From Chrysemys picta bellii (Eukaryota), in contig NC_088813.1 in NCBI RefSeq assembly GCF_011386835.1, forward strand, positions 13,640,001-13,704,000: 64,000 nt of DNA, read 5' to 3'. The translations under genes were made by a program, and so were the position numbers. The notes beneath the pieces are model-generated. The model had not been told where the DNA came from and searched no databases. It saw nothing but the letters and a program-made list of their open reading frames with translations. Positions 39,761 to 52,100 of the stretch are shown here, in pieces (the first letter of the stretch is position 1; each line of letters begins with the position of its first letter).

Positions 39761-42700
39761 CGGGGGGGGCTGTATATCTGGGGGGGGTGCAGGTGGGGCA
39801 GGTCCGGGGGGGCTGTATATCTGGGGGGGGTGCAGGTGGGGCAGGTCCGGGGGGGGGGCTGTATATCTGGGGGGGGTGCAGGTGGGGCAGGTCCGGGGGG
39901 GCTGTATATCTGGGGGGGGTGCAGGTGGGGCAGGTCCGGGGGGGGGCTGTATATCTGGGGGGGGGTGCAGGTGGGGCAGGTCCGGGGGGGGGGGCTGTAT
40001 ATCTGGGGGGGGTGCAGGTGGGGCAGGTCCGGGGGGGCTGTATATCTGGGGGGGGTGCAGGTGGGGCAGGTCCGGGGGGGGGCTGTATATGTGGGGGGGG
40101 GTGCAGGTGGGGCAGGTCCGGGGGGGAGCTGTATATCTGGGGGGGGGTGCAGGTCCGGGGGGGAGCTGTATATCTGGGGGGGGGTGCAGGTGGGGCAGGT
40201 CCGGGGGGGGCTGTATATCTGGGGGGGGTGCAGGTGGGGCAGGTCCGGGGGGGGGGCTGTATATCTGGGGGGGGCAGCTGGGACTATATATATCTGAGGA
40301 GTGGGGTGATGCATCTGGGGAGGGGGGAGATGTATATCTGGGGAGCGGGGTGATGCATCTGGGGCTGGGGCAGGTCGGGGGGGCTGTATAGCTGAAGGGT
40401 GGGGTGATGCATCTGGGGCAGGTCGGGGGGGCTGTATAGCTGAAGGGTGGTACATCCGGGTGTTGGCACATCTTGGGGAGATCAGAGGCAAAGTTTTCTT
40501 AATCTCTTTCTGCTGCCCCAGCTCCTGCTGTCTCTTGCGCTTATGCTTAGTCTGGAGACTCTGGGTCAAACACCTCCCTACCGTAAACTGGTGCAGCACC
40601 ACTGAAGGCGGTGTTGGGCTGTTCTCTTACTCCAGGGCTGAGTTTGCCCCTCTGCTCTGGTTTCACTGAGGGTGTCATAGCTCCTTGGTGCTCCTGTCTT
40701 TAGTTTTTTCCTGTGTGTTTCATAGAAACAGGCACAATATACAAATAACATTAGGGGCCTTGATCCTGCAGCACTGATGTCAGTGGCAAAATTCCCATTG
40801 ACTTCAAAGTGGGTGCATTTTTATCTGTATTCAGAGTTTGTTTGCATTTGGAAGTTAATTTGGATTAAGGTGGGGTGTGAATTTAAAACACAGTAGCCCT
40901 TAGTAGCGCCATGGTATGAGACATTGTAGACAAGCCCTAATATGGTATGAGTAAGTCACATGTTCCTTAAAGAGGGGATGCCTTTTTAGTGTTGTCTAAA
41001 AGAAGCTTAACCACTGGTCTGGGGCAACAGCCCTATAGGCCTGTAGGAGAGAAATGGATCTCCTCAATGAAAGAGGTTTCCCAAAACTTGGAATTTTACC
41101 ATCTGAGGAAGTGACTTGAAAAGCACACTTGGAACTGTGTTCTTTATTCTATTCTAAGAAACTTTAAAAAGACCAAGTGAGAGAATTTGGGCTTTGTACA
41201 AATAAGTTTTACAAAACGGAAAATTAGTAGAAAACAAAATCCAGTGGAAACAGTTTTAAAACACACACAAACATCTCCCTGTAGTGTTTGAAACCTGTTT
41301 TTTCAGATTAAACATCTAGAAAGTGACACTGACTAGAGAAATAGTGAAATTGATGGGATCTTTTCCCTGTCTTAGCCAGAAGAAATACAAAAAATAAACC
41401 AACAAGTTGCCTAAGCAGTAACAATAAGTTAGGGCCTGATCCTGCAAATATTCACTACCAGATATAATGTTCATGGCCATGAGTAGTCTATTTGACTTAA
41501 GTGGGACTACCAGGGTAGTTAGCATCGTGCTTTATAGTGTTTGCAGTATTGGGCCCTAAGATTTTATTAATGATTGTTTCCGTTTTAATAATCTAAGGTG
41601 CTGTGAAGTAATAGTAATGTTAGGAACCATTAGGAAAGGGATAGATAAAACAGAAAATATCATAATGCCACTACATAAACCATTGGTATGCCCACACCTT
41701 GAATGTTGCATGTAGTGCTGGTCACCTCATCTCAAAAAAGATATATCAGAATTGGAAGAGGCACAGAGAAGGGCAACAAGAATGATTGGAACAGCTTCCG
41801 TAGAAGGAGAGATTAAAAAGATTAGGACTGTTCAGCTTTGAAAAGAGCTGAGTAGAGGGGAGGATATGATAGAGGTTTATAAAATCACGAATGGTGTGGA
41901 GAAAGTGAACAGGGAGGTGTTATTTACCTGTGTCATAACACAAGAACTAGGTGATCACTCAATTAAATTAATAGGCAGCAGGTTTAAAACAAACATAAGG
42001 AAGTATTTCTTCACACAACACACAGTCAACCTGTGGAACTCATTGCTGTGGGATGGTGTGAAGGCCAAAAGTATAAGTGGGATCAAAAAAGAATTAGATG
42101 AGTTAATGGAGAATAGGCCCATCAATGGCTATTAGCCAAGATGGTCAGGGACACAACCTGATGCTCTGGGTAGCCCTCCCTCTAATGCCAGAAGCTGGGA
42201 GTGAACGACAGGGGATGTATCACTCAAAATTGCCCTGTTCTGTTCATTCCCTCTGAAGCATCTGCAGATCTTCTCTGTAATGGGAAACGTGGTCAACCAT
42301 CTCTGACTATTTAGGGATCTCTGTCTTATCCTTTGTAGGCCTATGTCAGGGGTTATCTTGTGAGGAAGAGGTTCCAAAGCTTACAGGAGGACTATGAGAA
42401 CACGGTAAAGGAGATTGAAGGGGATTTGGGTCAGTTGCAGTGGAAAGGACGCTTCATACCAACTCCTGTCTTTCCTCAAAAGGTATGGTCCATTCAGTTC
42501 ATGGTACGCAGTCACTCCTGGCAAAGGCTGGCATTGCTGATATGATTGGCATGTTCTCTGTGAATAGGGATTTCTTACAAAAAATGGTGTAGCTAAAACA
42601 GTATTCAGCACTTCTGCATGCAGCAGGTAGTTTCTGGACTTTATCATCACAATTTGTGCTTGGATTCAAACTATGGTCTGGCTAAAGGCTATAAATACAG

Positions 42701-45700
42701 CCATATTGGGGAAACCTGGTTGTCTTCTGACACAATTAAAGCTTCCATCTCACGCTATAGACTGACCTAGCCATGTGTTAACCACTCAAATCATGGTGCT
42801 GAAGCCTGGAAATAACCAACTGTCTCTTCTCCATGACCGACCCCATCTGTCCATAATACAACCAGGCACTATTTGAGACTTGCTTTCTTGTAGTGTTTGA
42901 ACATGGGTCATTAACAAGCTTTATAAAAAAAAAAAAATGTAGCTTGGATATAAACTGTTAACCATTTCCCAAACCATGATCATTTAAAACTCTTTTGTGG
43001 GCAGAGTGAATTTCTGGAAAGTAGTGAGGAAAGTTATCAGACCTGGTTACAAACATCTACTAAGCGAGATCATCGTGGCCAGGAAGAGCCTAACCTTGTT
43101 GGATTTTTTTTTATTACTTCCCTCTATTCGTTAACTCTCCTCCATGTTTAACTTCTCAAACATTGTTTCTCCAGAAGCAGATGAAAGTAAAGCGATTAAT
43201 TGATCAAGAGTCTGGATCCAAAGACCATAACAACACAGATAAAGGGCAGCAAAAGCATTGTCCTCTTGAGACACTAGAACCAGAAAAGGATTGTGACTGT
43301 AGGAGTTACATGAAACCTACAGCCCAGCTTCAAGATGATGAGATGGTCTCAAGAGGTGAAAGCAACAGAGCGAAGCAAAATTTAGTGTGTGATGTAGATA
43401 AATCCACTGGACAGGACTGCAGCTTGTCAGGGGAGAATACAGAATGGAAGAACAATAGCAACGCATCATCTGTATGGAGCAACACTGTTCTGGAGACAGG
43501 GTCTACTGTAGCCAGCCAGGGTAAGAAACAGGAATAGGAATAAACATTATAGTCAGCACCTCTGAACCCTTCCAGCATGGCATGTGTAACCTGGCAACAT
43601 ACTCACCCACCTGAGCTAGATTGTTGGGGAGACAAAAGCCTCAGGAATATAATAGAGAGACTAGAGCAATGAACCTTATCCAAGAGATAGCATAGAATGG
43701 AGTCTGGGGCCCCTCGCATGAGTTTCCTGTTTAAATCATATCTCCTCTCCAAGGTCTTGTCTACACTAGGAAATTATCCATTGCAGATACACGTTATTTA
43801 ACTGCAAGGACAAACTAAACTTGGTTCCACACCAGCTCAGAAACCTTGATCAACCCCTGTTTGGGGCAGGGTTCCAGGTTTCTCACCTGGAAACCCTTCT
43901 TATCCAATTCCTCCCATTTTCCAAATGTAGGTTCTGCCCCCCAGTGAGCATCAATTGCAGGGGAAAATACACCCTCTTATCCAAACCTTTGTTTGCCTAA
44001 ATAAATTCCGTGTCACCTCTTCTATTAGCATAGGGTAAGGGGGAGAGCCCTGCTGGATTTGAGATCAAAGATTTTTCTGCAAATCCTTTGATCACAAGCA
44101 AGCTAGATTTTTCTATTCCAAGCAGCTTTATGCATACCCTTCAAGCTCATAGTCTTACTTGGGCTGCTTAAGTTAGGAACAAGCTTTATGTAGCTCTCCT
44201 TTCTTTGTAGGTCCTAGAGACTAACTGAAGACCCTCAAAGCAGGCAATATCTCAATGTTCTAACCTCTCTACATAGGCACCATGATCAAGTATAGAGCAG
44301 AGTCTAGGGAACACTGTCTTGGAAAGACTGTAGGCTGTAGCCCTAGAAAACTATGATAGTCCATCAGGATGGATTTTGTTCAAGAGTGTAGGGATTGTAC
44401 CCAGAAAAGTGTTTGATTTGTATCCTGTTTGTGGACATGCATGTATGTGTTTGTTTTGATACAGTTGGAAGTAGGTTAGTCTCTTTCTTGATGTACCAGA
44501 CACAAGAAAATAAACAGCCTCTCATGGAGCCAGAAAGTGAATAATACAGATGGATTGTCCCAGCTTTGGCAGCAGTAACCACACAGGAATATTAACACAC
44601 TAGCTTCTGTATAGTATGTCTCTGCAAACAAAGGAAGGTGATTGATTGCATTCCCCACATCTTATGAAAGATGCACTCGAGGTTAACTTTCTAAATAGCT
44701 TGCTCCGAGTCTGTGTGCATTGGCTTGGGTGAACAGTCATGTGTTCTTGGATACTACAGTGATGAGGGCCATATGAGAAGCGAGAATGGTACAAAGTAGA
44801 ATTCTGGTTCCAAATGGGGTGACCTGCCTCTCTTTGTTGCAATGGATTGTTGACTTTGAAATCTGTCGACAGCAGTTTGTATGTTAAGGTGGTTAACTGT
44901 TTCACTGCTGATTTGTTCTACCAAAACATTCAGTTCCCCTGGGATTGTGGGTGGAATTTGGGAAGGGTACCTCCTGCCCCAGTCTGGCCTCTGAACACAA
45001 GAGGATCTAAAGGGAACATGGCTAGGCTATAAAACCAAATAACCCCTTAAATAGAATTAATCTCTGTTTTCCATTTCTGTGCAGAGCTTCCATTCAAGAG
45101 CATAAAACAGGAGCTGCCTCAAACTCTTCCCGACCTCCAGTGTTATCGAAATCACTTGGCCATGGAGTTGCTGTGGCTGCAACAAGCTATCGTGAGCCGT
45201 AAGAATGTAAGAGCCTGTCCTTGCCTCTTGCTGTGTTCAAAGGTTGGCTTGTCCAGACAAACATTTGCAAGAGGAATCTGCAGTTAATCACTGTGGTGGG
45301 GATTGGATTTCCAGGGTGAACATTCAGTTACATAAGAGTTTAATCAGATGATGGAGGTACATTTCTCTTTTTTGGAGGAGATGATAATGCTTAACACTTG
45401 TACAGCACTCTCCATGTGTAAACATAATCTAATTAGATGAAGATATGGCTGAGGTTAGCTATAGGTGTGTTACAAAGACTTCACTGCTCTTCTAGAATGT
45501 ACTGCAGTCCATATTCTAAACCACACTTGTTCATCTAGTTTATCCAAATACGTTTTGTGAGGTAGGGTCTGTTATTTCTTTATTGTTGTGTTCTCTCACT
45601 TGCATGCTAATCCTGCCTTCAGTGCTAATCTCCAGGCATGAGTGTGAATTAGCAATGATCAGTTGGTAAAGAAATAAGGATAGAATAATGCTTCTATTGT

Positions 45701-46760
45701 ACCTTCCATCTCAAGGTCTCAAAGTGCTTTACAGATATGGGTCAATGTTATCACATCCATTTTCTGAATAGGGAACCGAGGCATGGTGAGGTTTGGAGAC
45801 TTGCCTGAGGTCAGACAGTTAAGTCAGTGGCAGAGCGGGGGGTAGAATGCAGGAATACTGACTCTCCTGGAAGTCCCTTGCTTCAACCGCTAGACCTCTA
45901 CCTCTGTTTCCCTCACTTTCCTACCAAGATGTGCGTACAGAATTCTGTGTTTTCCCTGCAACAGTGAATGGGATTAGTAATGCAGTCATCTGTGTGTTTC
46001 TTAGTAAGAGTTCCTGCTGCTGAGGGACACTGAGGGTTGACAATCTTACACCATAACCTACTCTAAAAACAATTAAATGTGGAGGATGTTGTCTAAAATG
46101 CCAGTTACTCTGCTAGGCAACCCAACACCGGTAAACCTGGCATGTTGGGGCTTATTTTCAACTGTAGGCACAAAGGGGGAGAGATTTCTAGTTGCTAAAC
46201 CTAGGACCAAGGGTAAGGTATTCCTGACTTTTGTTGCTGACTTGCTGTGGGACCTTGCAATTTGTGCCTCAGGTTCTGTGTCTATAAAATGGGGATTAGG
46301 ATATTCACCTATTGTGTGCGTGCGCGCGCACACACGGGCCGGGTGGGCACGCCCAAATGGGTGTGCATGCATGCGCGGTTTAATTAAGTTTATAAAGTGC
46401 TTTGTTGCCTGTGACTATTGCTGTGTGTATACTTCGCAACGTCCCTCTGCTCTTGTGAATAGGCAAAATCCAAAGGACAGATCCTTTGCATATTAGAGCG
46501 CTATGAGCTGGCCATGAGCAAGTAGCCAGCAGAGGGAGGAAGACGCCTAAATCTAGCCCTACAAGCCTCAGTTGCATTCCTTTCAATGTTTAAGATTTCT
46601 CCCCACATATGAGGACTCCAGTGGTAGCTGGGTAACCTGCAGAGACAGATGCTCCTCTGGTTTCAAGCCTAGCAGGATTTAAGCAAGATCCTCATTCGAT
46701 TTCCTTTTTGTCTTGTAGTATTTGATCCTGAAGCAAAGGCTGGGGACTCCTGAGCGATAG
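39659..46760 (+). CDS. IQCC: IQ motif-containing protein C (233 aa predicted)
   Basis: Exons 39659-39706 (MAAEQQRLVKGVTRLQ), 42339-42482 (AYVRGYLVRKRFQSLQEDYE...; IQ motif split by intron 1), 43175-43520, 45085-45206 (…YRNHLAMELLWLQQAIVSRKN), 46719-46760 (YLILKQRLGTPER-stop). All GT-AG, phases consistent. Confidence 0.9.
39747..40456 (+). repeat. G-rich minisatellite, about 12 units of 43-47 bp plus a diverged tail
   Basis: Unit AGGTGGGGCAGGTCC-G(7-11)-CTGTATATCT-G(8-9)-TGC over 39747-40275; degenerate units continue to about 40456. Confidence 0.97.
41432..41556. mobile_element. 125-bp palindromic MITE (Harbinger-like)
   Basis: TIRs GGGCCTGATCCTGCAAA / TTTGCAGTATTGGGCCC; flanks TTA / TAA. 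Confidence 0.55.
41616..42265 (+). mobile_element. 5'-truncated CR1 LINE (ORF2 C-terminus and 3' UTR)
   Basis: ORF 41866-42135 MIEVYKITNGVEKVNRE...RFKTNIRKYFFTQHTVNLWNSL is the characteristic CR1 ORF2 C-terminus; upstream sequence is frameshifted. Confidence 0.92.
45735..45900 (-). mobile_element. MIR-like CORE-SINE
   Basis: CATCCATTTTCTGAATAGGGAACCGAGGCATGG...GACTTGCCTGAGGTCAGACAG...GTGGCAGAGC...AGAATGCAGG. Confidence 0.55.
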
Positions 46761-47715
46761 GAAACTGTTTCAGAGGGATGCAGAGTGTGCTCACCTTGTT
46801 GTGGAGGAGCAGCTTTCTCTGGGACTAGCTGGACTGTGTCCCATCCACTGCAGGAGGGGAATCGTCGCGTGAGCAGCATTAACTGCAGCTGCCTGGGAAA
46901 GCACTAGCTCCACTGTGGCATAGACGTTCCTCATGGTTAACTTGGGACTTCCACTGGGACTTTGTCACATTCGTCAGAATAAGAGTTAGTTACAATGAAG
47001 AGGTTTATTTTTAAACTTGAAAACTCTTGGTGAAAACACATGTTCAGTATCTGCCCCATGCTAAGGAGGACGTTCTATGTACTGAAGGGGTTATTACCCA
47101 GAAGAACCCCATTTCTGCTGACTGAGCCTGAGAGGGAAACCGCAGCCAGACTAATTTTTTTTTTAATGTACTTTTCTTTAAAAGATTAGTTGCTAATTTG
47201 TGGTTGAACCGAGCAGCAATGAAGCAGCCTGGCGCTTTGAACACCAGGAATGGGCTCCCCTCCACGGAGCAGGAATGGCTTTTTGTTGTCTGCTTGCTGA
47301 GCCATGTATTTGGAAAGAGTCTGTCTCCCACATCCCACGACTCTGTTCCCAAAACTTGGAGATCCCAAAATACTCTATGGCCAAACCTGGCAGACTTCAC
47401 TCTGGCAGAACGCCGGCTGAGCGAGAACCACAAGGTTTGGCCCTGTGGGTACGGAATGTATTAGCTAACCAGGTGCTTTTCCCAGTGGGCTTTGTTGACT
47501 CTTTTTTGTTTTAATGGGCAACCCATGAACATCAGAAAGGGGATTTTTCCCCATGGCACGGTTGATCCCTATCCCAGACCCATAATACTTTGTGAGTGCA
47601 GATGCTCTGCATTCTGTCTCTTTCTATGTGCAATCATACACCTATTTAATGTACAGTGAAAACCTATGTCAGTTCCTGAACATACTCACTCATTTGTTCC
47701 TCATTTTTGTTTCTG

Positions 47716-47721
47716 AATAAA
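47716..47721 (+). terminator. Candidate polyadenylation signal of IQCC
   Basis: AATAAA about 955 nt after the stop codon; a second one near 47930. Confidence 0.4.
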
Positions 47722-48678
47722 ATATTGTCTCTCCCCAGATTTGTCTCTGCCATTGGCTGGGCCAGACGTCTTGATCCCACCACCTAGCACAGACGCTATC
47801 CAGTGAAAAGCAAAGCAGGCCTAACCTCCGTTGTAGTGTCAAATGCTAGGGATGGGCAGAGGCTATTGCTTCAGGTGACAGAGTACATGCTGAAGGAAAG
47901 CTCTCCAGGTGTAACCAGTTCACAATGTAAATAAAGCTCTTGGGTGCATCCTTTAATGCATACGTCTTCCTGGCCAACTGACTTGACTCCATTTAGTACA
48001 GACTAGCCCTCTAAACATATGGAGGGGTACTTCAGAATTTGATGGGTCCAGGCAATGTAAACTCAGTGGGCTGGATTCTGGTTCTGAGCTACTAACTTGA
48101 TCAGGATGAAGGTTTGGCCCTCTGTTCAAGAGCAGGAGAGAGGAGCTGTCGCAGGCTGGTATCATCACTTCACCCCCTCTGCAGAGATGGGGAAATCAGT
48201 AACTTTGGGAATCAGGCTGGTGTCTTGAATCTAGGCTCTCAGCAGTGGAATAGAGAGGGAGAAGACAGCAGTAAGTATAGCTTTCTTTGGGGTGAAATAT
48301 TTTTTGAGTGGCTGTCATGCAAGTGAGTGGTGTTTGGCTTGAATTCCTCTGCCAACTAGTCTGCAGTAGTTCAAGCTCCCCCGCTACCCCCCAAGTCCTG
48401 CTACTATCTTTCTACTGCATGTACTTTTCTGCCCCCCTTACTACAGGAAGCCTGTGGCAGAGCAGGGAATTGAACCTGGGTCTCCCTGGTCGTGGGCTAA
48501 TACCCTAACCACTGGACTATCCTTCCTCTCCTGTAGGCCAGCAAGTTAGTTCAGTCTCATAGTCCATTTTGATGATGGTAGCTAGGGAGCTAATTAATGC
48601 AGATGGGGGGGGGGTTTGCTTTGTGATGCAGATACTTGTCAACTAGGCACTGCATTGGCACCTACCAAACTCGTATCA

Positions 48679-48800
48679 CACAGGCCACTGAGCAGTTATC
48701 AGAGAGTGACAACTTTCAGACACCTCCACTCTGGGCTGGATTTGAATCGCCACTGTATAGGTAATCAGTCCTGTCTGCTCTCCTGAGCCATCCAGTCTCC
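48679..48800 (-). mobile_element. LF-SINE-like fragment in the DCDC2B upstream region
   Basis: Reverse strand reads TTCAAATCCAGCCCAGAGTGGAGGTGTCTGAAAGTTGTCACTCTCTGATAACTGCTCAGTGGCCTGTG, close to the LF-SINE body as I recall it. Confidence 0.5.
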
Positions 48801-48947
48801 TGATTTTGGAGCTGTGCTGGGCTGTGAGGGAGCTTTTGGTGCTGTTTGTGTGTAGCAGAGGAGAGGTACTGAGGAGCTGTTTGGTTCTCGGTTTGAGTGA
48901 CTCAGCCTCCAGGCCGGCCCACAAAACTCCCCCCTCTTGCTGGGCCT

Positions 48948-48961
48948 GCAGCCATGGAAAC
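48948..48961 (+). promoter_or_regulatory. RFX X-box-like motif upstream of DCDC2B
   Basis: GCAGCCATGGAAAC is 12/14 to GTTGCCATGGAAAC, 177 nt upstream of the ATG. Confidence 0.45.
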
Positions 48962-49137
48962 GGCGAGAGTCTCTTTCAGAACACAGCTCTGAGAAGGGAG
49001 AGGGAGCACAAAGGCAGCCAGACAGCAAGGGCTTGTGCTTAGCACAAGGGTCGCTGGGGTTTTCATCTTCCAGCCTTTGCCCTGCGCTGATCGGCTTGTG
49101 TCTCTCTGATCAGTGGGGTGGACGTGGCTCAAGAGGA

Positions 49138-52100
49138 ATGAGCTCTAGCACAATAGCTCTGGCCCCTGTGGCCAAGAACGTGATGGTATATCGCAATGGG
49201 GACTCCTTCTTCCATGGAAGGAAGTTTGTGGTGAACCAGCGCCAGTTCCAGACCTTTGAAGCGTTTCTGAATGAGGTGACCAGCACCATCCATGCCTCTG
49301 TGGCTGTGAGGAACATCTACACCCCCAGGCAGGGCCACCGGGTCACTGAGCTGGAGGAACTGCAGAATGGATGCCCATATGTGGCAGCTGGCTTTGAGCG
49401 GTTCAAAAGGCTAGAGTGAGTAGATCAAACTGTTATCAAGTCCCGAGACTGAAGTTAAGTGACCTTAGATATCTATCCCCATGTGGCTATTGGGGAAGGA
49501 AGAGGTAACTATGCAGCTGAAAACAGACAGCACTTCTGTGTGTGTTATGTTCTGTAGCGAGTTTAAGAGGCAGAGTGTGGAAAGAAATTGGAGACTGAGT
49601 GGATAATGGGGGGTGCATGAGAAATTCATGCAGTGTGTTTGATTTGCCATAAATATGGCTGACAGCGCTGAGCTTAGAGTCTCCCCTTATTTTGATTGAC
49701 AGAGCCAGCTCACCAAGGAGCTCATGCCTGCTCTCGTGCGTGCCTCATTCACCATCAATAAGAACCAATCTTTATCGAAAGAAAATCTTAGTGTAGCCAG
49801 TGGGGTGTTAAATTCTTTTGTGCCACACAACTTGTCAGTAATCTTGGTTTTCACTTTCCCATCAGATTATCCACCCTTAACATTAATAGTTGGGGAAGTT
49901 CAAGGGACTTTAAGTTTAATATTCAGGATTTTAAAGGGCATGCAACAATCCGCTGTATGTTAGCCTGAAACTGGGAAGGAAGAGATCTGTCCTTTTCATT
50001 GCTTCACTCATTGGAATCAGTTGTGAATATTCCTAGATGTGCTGGATGAGACTGGAAATGTGAAAGATCACCTTGATTTACATCATAAGAATAAGAAAAT
50101 ATCTGCAGAAAACTGTTCTGGCAGGGTGTTGGTATGAGCTGTGCAGTATTATGTTGCGTTATACACAACTCAGTGTCTTAGGGAGCTCAGTGGGAGTTAG
50201 CTGGGGCTCTGCTGTGGGCTTCCATCACAAGTGTCCCTAGAAATGTCAGCCACTGATGCATCATCCCCATTCTACCAGGTTTCTTATGTTCTGCATGGAG
50301 CAGGCATTTCCAAACGCGTCTTTGTTTTTTAAATGCAGCCTAAACGATAGTGGGCCAGATTCATTCCTGGCAGAACGCCTTTGGAGTCAGTGAAGTTTCA
50401 TGAGGGATGAATTGGACTCAATAAGTAAATATTGTGGAGGAAACAGTCAGGCTGTAATTAAAAAAAATATATATATATAGAGAGAGGGAGAAAACTCCTA
50501 GAACTAGAAGGGACCCCGAAAGATCATAGAGTCCAGCCCCCTGCCTTCACTAGCAGGACCAAGTATTGATTTTGCCCCAGATGCCAGATTGAACTCACAA
50601 TTCTGAGTTTAACAGGCCAATGCTCAAACCATTGAGCTATTCCTCCCCCCATATTTATTGAGCAACACTGGCCAGTGCTTGGAGTCTTGGGCAATGTCTC
50701 GCTCAAGGGATGAAACATGATGTTCACCAGAACATGAAGTTGGCTTATGTGGTATCTGGAACTCAGCCTGGCTGAGAATTGGCTGAGAATTGTTTCATTA
50801 TAACAGTTTTGGTTAGTCTAGCCTTCTGGAGGGCAGATGAGGAGAGAAGTCCAGAAGAAATGATGATTTCCTGCTGATAAGCACTTGGGAAGTGGAGAGT
50901 TTTATATACAATGTGACTAGCTGCAGCGTGAATTTAGGCAACACTGTTCTTGACTTCTGCAAATATCTGTATGCCAATCAGCTGAGAAGTGACCAAACCA
51001 GTTAACATTGGTCCAGTTCTTGCTGGTGTTGACCTCTAACGAAGGAAACACTAGACATAATCATCTTGTGATTGTAATCAGTTAAAAACCAGCTATAATT
51101 TTGTTCTTGTAGCCTGATCAGTCCACAGTTTCACTTCTATTCATGCTGATGAGACGTAGAATAAGGTATTAAGTTTATTATATACAAATGAAGTTCCCTC
51201 CAGGTTAGGATGCTGGAGGTTAGAAGAGATGTGTATTGATAATTTTCTTGCCTCTGTTTTTACAGCTATTTAAACCCCGGAATGAAGCAACTCAGTGGGG
51301 GCAGGAAAAAAAATGGGTTGCAGGTGAGTCACAGTGGGAGACAGGTGGTTGCCTTGTTCAGACAGTGAGCAGAATGTAAGGCTTGGTCAGGGATTAGGAC
51401 ACCCGTTCTCTGCTAGTAGCAGGTAGGAGAACTTTGTCAGGAACGACTTTCTACAAGGCATGTTTTTCTCTTCTTCTAACCAATCACTACGTGAGGGCCT
51501 GGTGGTGGAGGTGGGGGGGAGGGGCAGTGTGAGATCTACCTGGGTATATGACATTCTTCCCAGCATGAGTAATGCTGTAGAGAAAGCAGTAGGGGGTGCT
51601 CTCCTGCCAATCTCTTCAAAATGTCCACAGCTTGTAAATAAGTTTGTCAGAAACAGCAGCTGGCTGCGGTGGAAATGGGCTGTGGGTGCGCCCCACACCC
51701 TATCCCCGTTTAAACATTAATGGAACTGAGAATGTCAATCCTAAACCGAGCAGGGGAGGTACTTGTGCAGAATGCACAGGAGTCAGGAAGAAGTGGGTGT
51801 GGGTGACAGGAATAATTGTGGGTGCCTAAGAATGAAGGCCCTGAAAGTGCTTTGGGAGTCAATGGGACATCCCCTGTGTGACTGCCAGCAGAGCTGAGCC
51901 CTTTGTTTACATTCCATCACCATCATTAGCACTTAGACCTGTACACAGACTTAACCCTGGCAACCTTGGTATGCACCTGGCCTTGCCAACCCATTTGTTG
52001 ATGTGTGTGTGAGGCTCTCCAGGACTTGCCTGCCAACAAGCTCCACCTAGCAGCAATGAGACCATGCAGCAAGTTAGGAAGTCCAACCTGGCAGCTCCTA

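Noticed and set aside
39747-40275. Regular repeat array superficially like CRISPR
   Set aside because: Eukaryotic intron, no unique spacers, no cas genes; it is a tandem minisatellite.
39350-40602. Overlapping 214-373 aa Pro-rich or Gly-rich ORFs on both strands
   Set aside because: They are translations of the G-run minisatellite, which lacks stops in most frames. The real IQCC exon 1 splices out at 39706.
44462-44542. Possible alternative IQCC terminal exon in phase with exon 3 (GSRLVSFLMYQTQENKQPLMEPESE-stop)
   Set aside because: Only a modest acceptor and a short open frame support it; it would drop the conserved LAMELLWLQQAI motif and I have no homology evidence.
48937-49137. In-frame 67-codon N-terminal extension of DCDC2B
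   Set aside because: Starts at TTG with no in-frame ATG; similarity to DCDC2B begins only after the ATG at 49138.
50590-50650. tRNA-like sequence with A and B boxes
   Set aside because: No complete cloverleaf or acceptor stem, and it continues into a CR1-like tail, so it is a SINE head rather than a tRNA gene.
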